Positions 61,223 through 64,000 of a stretch of DNA of 64,000 nt are shown here, in pieces. The stretch is from NCBI GenBank assembly GCA_963666975.2, contig CAXVYR010000003.1:128001-192000 (forward strand). The letters are read 5' to 3'. Origin of the DNA: Terriglobia bacterium. Lineage in GTDB: Bacteria; Acidobacteriota; Terriglobia; 2-12-FULL-54-10. The number at the start of each line of letters is the position of its first letter. Position 1 is the first letter of the stretch. The notes under the pieces are model-generated. The model was not told where the DNA came from. It did not search any database and saw only the letters and a list, made by a program, of their open reading frames with translations. The position numbers were made by a program, and so were the translations under genes.

Positions 61223-63037
61223 TCAGTGCGTGTCAAAGGCCGCCTGATACTGAGCTATCTTGGCCCGAATCCCGTCCAATTCGGGTTGGGTCGGATTGTC
61301 AGGATCAACCGCCGCCGGGAGGCTGCCGAACTTCATCAGGCAAGCCATCAGGAGGAGGCGGGCCTTGGTAGGGGTGAGATTGTTCCCCTCGATAAAGAGA
61401 TCGCCGGGATCGGTAGGCGTAATCCCCCCGTGGTTGCCCCGGCCCACACGGACTACAGGCATCCCCTTCAGGACTGCCAGCGTCAGGGCCGCCTCTGACG
61501 GCTCGTTCAGAAAGCCGTATGGCGCGTTACCCTCGAGCACAAAGCCGGAAAGGGGGAACGCCTGCAGATTTTTTTCAATGCGGGACAGAATTTCCACCTC
61601 GCTCACGGCCTCGTCAGAATAGCTATGAGAGGCATATCTTGAATATTTAACGAAGCTTATCTTGGGAATAGCTGTCGGGAGCAGATCTCCCTTCGCATCC
61701 TTGATGGAGACCCGCACGGTTGCGACCCCATCCCCGGCTCGCTTCACGCCCTGGACGGTGGTGGGCAGCCTCTTCATGTTGAATTCGGAAGAATAGGTGT
61801 GTTTCTTCGTCGGCAAAAAAGTAAGGGCAATCGGATTGAGGCCGCCGATAATGCCTCCGTGCCCGCCGGTCGCAACGTAGCCGCCTGGCCGATCGTCTCC
61901 CTTCTGGACGTCACGAGATGTGAAGAGCTGTTCTTCCTGAATCATGATTGCGCCGACTTGGTCCAATCCGTTCGCGTCCTTCCAGATGCCGGAGACGATG
62001 TAGTCGACCGAGTCCACGATGTTGCGGTCCCCATCGTTGCTCAGCATGCCGTGCATTCGCTGCGAGGCGTTGCCCACGATCGGCACGGTGGTGTCGATCA
62101 GCAGGTTGAGCCAGTACACCGATTCCTCCGTCGTCGGACTTCCCTCCAGCCAAATGGCCCCCGCATACTCTCCCTGTGCCATGGCCCGCTGCACCATATT
62201 GGTGAGTCGAGCCAAAGTGGACATCGTGGGTTCCTGTCGGAAAGGTGTATAGGTAAAGAAGTCTTCCCCCCAGGTTTCTTTCCGGATGTCGCCCTCTCCT
62301 ACATCCGTGCGCTGGCCGGCCGGCAGGCCTTTTCTGTATCCACCCGACGGAGCAGGCCGGTAAAAATGGAAATCGGCTTTGGAACTCAGCAAATTGTTGG
62401 TCGCCCCGCCGCCGAGCCCGAAGCGATCGATCTCCTCGAAGATCCGGAATGCATCCGGGTAAAACGGCACGCGACACTTTTCAGGAGGCGCCTCCGGGGA
62501 AGCGCAACTTCCCTCCCAGGCTTCCCCGCCGGCCTGCCGAGCCATATAAGGCAGCAAGTACAGTCCGTCCTCTGGGCGCAGAGTGACTTCGTAAACCGGG
62601 ATGTCGTCCGGCGACTGACGTTGCTTGCTGAAAGCTGCGGTTCCGGAGTTGATGTACCCGTCCGGCCGTGCGTAAAGCTCGCTCACGTCTTGCTCCAATG
62701 GATGGGCAGTGAGAGCTTGAACGTACACCGTCACCGGCGCCGCCAGACGTTGGGGCCGAAGGGCGCCAAACCGCAGGGGAGTGCCGTCTGGGTTGGTCAG
62801 GAGCGGAAGTCCATACTTTGCCCTCGCCTTGTTGCTGGTGATCAGAGGTGCGTTGTTTTGTATGGTGGCCGTTGGCCCCGAGAACACAGCGATTTTGGGT
62901 TTCGCATCGCTGGCGGCGCCCGGCAGAGCGCCCCCCGCGAACATCAGCGCGAGTGGCAATGCGGGAACAGAAAAAAGCAAAGAGCGACAGCGAATCCCAC
63001 TCGAGGAAAGGCTGCCTTTTCTGCCATTCTTTAGCAT
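61223..63037 (-). CDS. exported asparaginase-fold protein
   Basis: Signal peptide; EGSPTTEESVYWLNL, VGNASQR, DGDRNI, GVRVGRG-like segment, NLTPTKARLLL. Confidence 0.7.
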   Translation of the reverse strand: MLKNGRKGSLSSSGIRCRSLLFSVPALPLALMFAGGALPGAASDAKPKIAVFSGPTATIQNNAPLITSNKARAKYGLPLLTNPDGTPLRFGALRPQRLAAPVTVYVQALTAHPLEQDVSELYARPDGYINSGTAAFSKQRQSPDDIPVYEVTLRPEDGLYLLPYMARQAGGEAWEGSCASPEAPPEKCRVPFYPDAFRIFEEIDRFGLGGGATNNLLSSKADFHFYRPAPSGGYRKGLPAGQRTDVGEGDIRKETWGEDFFTYTPFRQEPTMSTLARLTNMVQRAMAQGEYAGAIWLEGSPTTEESVYWLNLLIDTTVPIVGNASQRMHGMLSNDGDRNIVDSVDYIVSGIWKDANGLDQVGAIMIQEEQLFTSRDVQKGDDRPGGYVATGGHGGIIGGLNPIALTFLPTKKHTYSSEFNMKRLPTTVQGVKRAGDGVATVRVSIKDAKGDLLPTAIPKISFVKYSRYASHSYSDEAVSEVEILSRIEKNLQAFPLSGFVLEGNAPYGFLNEPSEAALTLAVLKGMPVVRVGRGNHGGITPTDPGDLFIEGNNLTPTKARLLLMACLMKFGSLPAAVDPDNPTQPELDGIRAKIAQYQAAFDTH

Positions 63038-63348
63038 CTTTTCGGTTGCCTCCTTCGGTCAAATTTCGCGACGAGCATTACTGTGAGGGGACAAATGCCG
63101 GGGTGGTTCAGGATCGAAACGGCTCATGCTTTTCGCCCGAAGCGCTGGCTCAGAACCGCGCGGTCGACAGCCCGTATTTTCTCTGTGCCTGTCCCTGCGT
63201 CTCTGTGTCTCAAGGGCACAGTCATTGGTTCGGGGAACCCGCCGCCGAGAGGGTTCCGTGGAAAAAAAGTGCCACAGCCGATGGAAACTCCCGACTTGGC
63301 GCAAACCACGGCGGTTTTAACATAGAAATTGGGGTCAAAAACAAGAAT

Positions 63349-64000
63349 TCAGATGACGCTCGGAAGAGACTGCTCCATGTGATGGACCATCCGGATCAAG
63401 TCTTCGTCGAGGATCATTTTCTTGCGGTCGGCCAGTTCGGTAAAACGCCGGTAGAGTTCGCCCAACTGCCCGGCATCCAAATGGACCCCAAGCTCCTCAC
63501 AGCGCCGCTGCAGCGCGTGCCGCCCGCTGTGTTTTCCCAGCACCAGACGGTTGGCGGGCACGCCGACCGACTGCGGGGTCATGATTTCGTAGGTGAGGGC
63601 GTGTTTTATCACTCCGTCCTGATGAATGCCGGCTTCGTGAGCAAACGCGTTGCGGCCCACAATCGCCTTGTTGGGCTGCACGGGAACATCGATGGTCTGG
63701 CTTAGAAGCTGGCTGGTGGGGTAGAGCAACTCGGAGCGCACGCCGGTAACATGCGGAACCAAGTCATGCCGGACGCGCAGCGCCATGACGATCTCCTCCA
63801 AAGCAGCGTTTCCGGCCCGTTCGCCAATTCCATTGATGGTGCACTCCACCTGCCGCGCGCCGCTCTCGACAGCCGCCAGCGAATTGGCTACGGCCAGTCC
63901 CAGATCGTCGTGGCAGTGCACGCTGAGCGTGGGCCCTTCGCCCACCGCCTGCCGCACGTCCCGGATAATCTCGGCGTACTCGCGGGGCATGGTGTAGCCC
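63349..64000 (-). CDS. leuA: 2-isopropylmalate synthase, C-terminal part (short form)
   Basis: [32 protein letters not shown]; stops soon after LADRKK. Confidence 0.93.
   Translation of the reverse strand, partial: GYTMPREYAEIIRDVRQAVGEGPTLSVHCHDDLGLAVANSLAAVESGARQVECTINGIGERAGNAALEEIVMALRVRHDLVPHVTGVRSELLYPTSQLLSQTIDVPVQPNKAIVGRNAFAHEAGIHQDGVIKHALTYEIMTPQSVGVPANRLVLGKHSGRHALQRRCEELGVHLDAGQLGELYRRFTELADRKKMILDEDLIRMVHHMEQSLPSVI

Overview
GC-rich bacterial chromosome segment. The protein families look Acidobacteriota-like (inference). The housekeeping backbone comprises a his operon (hisC, HAD phosphatase, hisB, hisH, hisF, hisA), tRNA-His, a thiolase and crotonase, mlaEFD, purQ, purL, purF, purN, tsaD, acyP, apt, leuB and a short leuA. 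Accessory content: (1) A 3,963-bp IS1-family element with passenger genes, 16-bp perfect TIRs and an 8-bp TSD. It splits the his-operon HAD gene and carries a small basic ORF, a Clp-fold SDH serine protease and a small partner ORF, behind back-to-back near-consensus sigma70 promoters. An IS256 copy is nested in the protease. (2) An mtrCAB-like porin-decaheme cytochrome conduit. (3) An S-layer-like gene, a TMTC-like TPR glycosyltransferase and an 11-gene type II secretion cluster headed by an ECF sigma/anti-sigma pair. (4) A HigBA plus Ser/Thr kinase islet. (5) A second IS256 copy, three orphan IS256 fragments (one inside mtrC), nested REP/MITE stacks, a 70-bp IS1-type mini-MITE, a candidate structured ncRNA and an unannotated Lys-rich micropeptide gene with its own promoter and terminator. 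Several single-base frameshifts, mostly in short G/C runs, suggest long-read consensus errors, so pseudogene calls need read-level checking. All family assignments come from motif recognition by eye; no searches were run.
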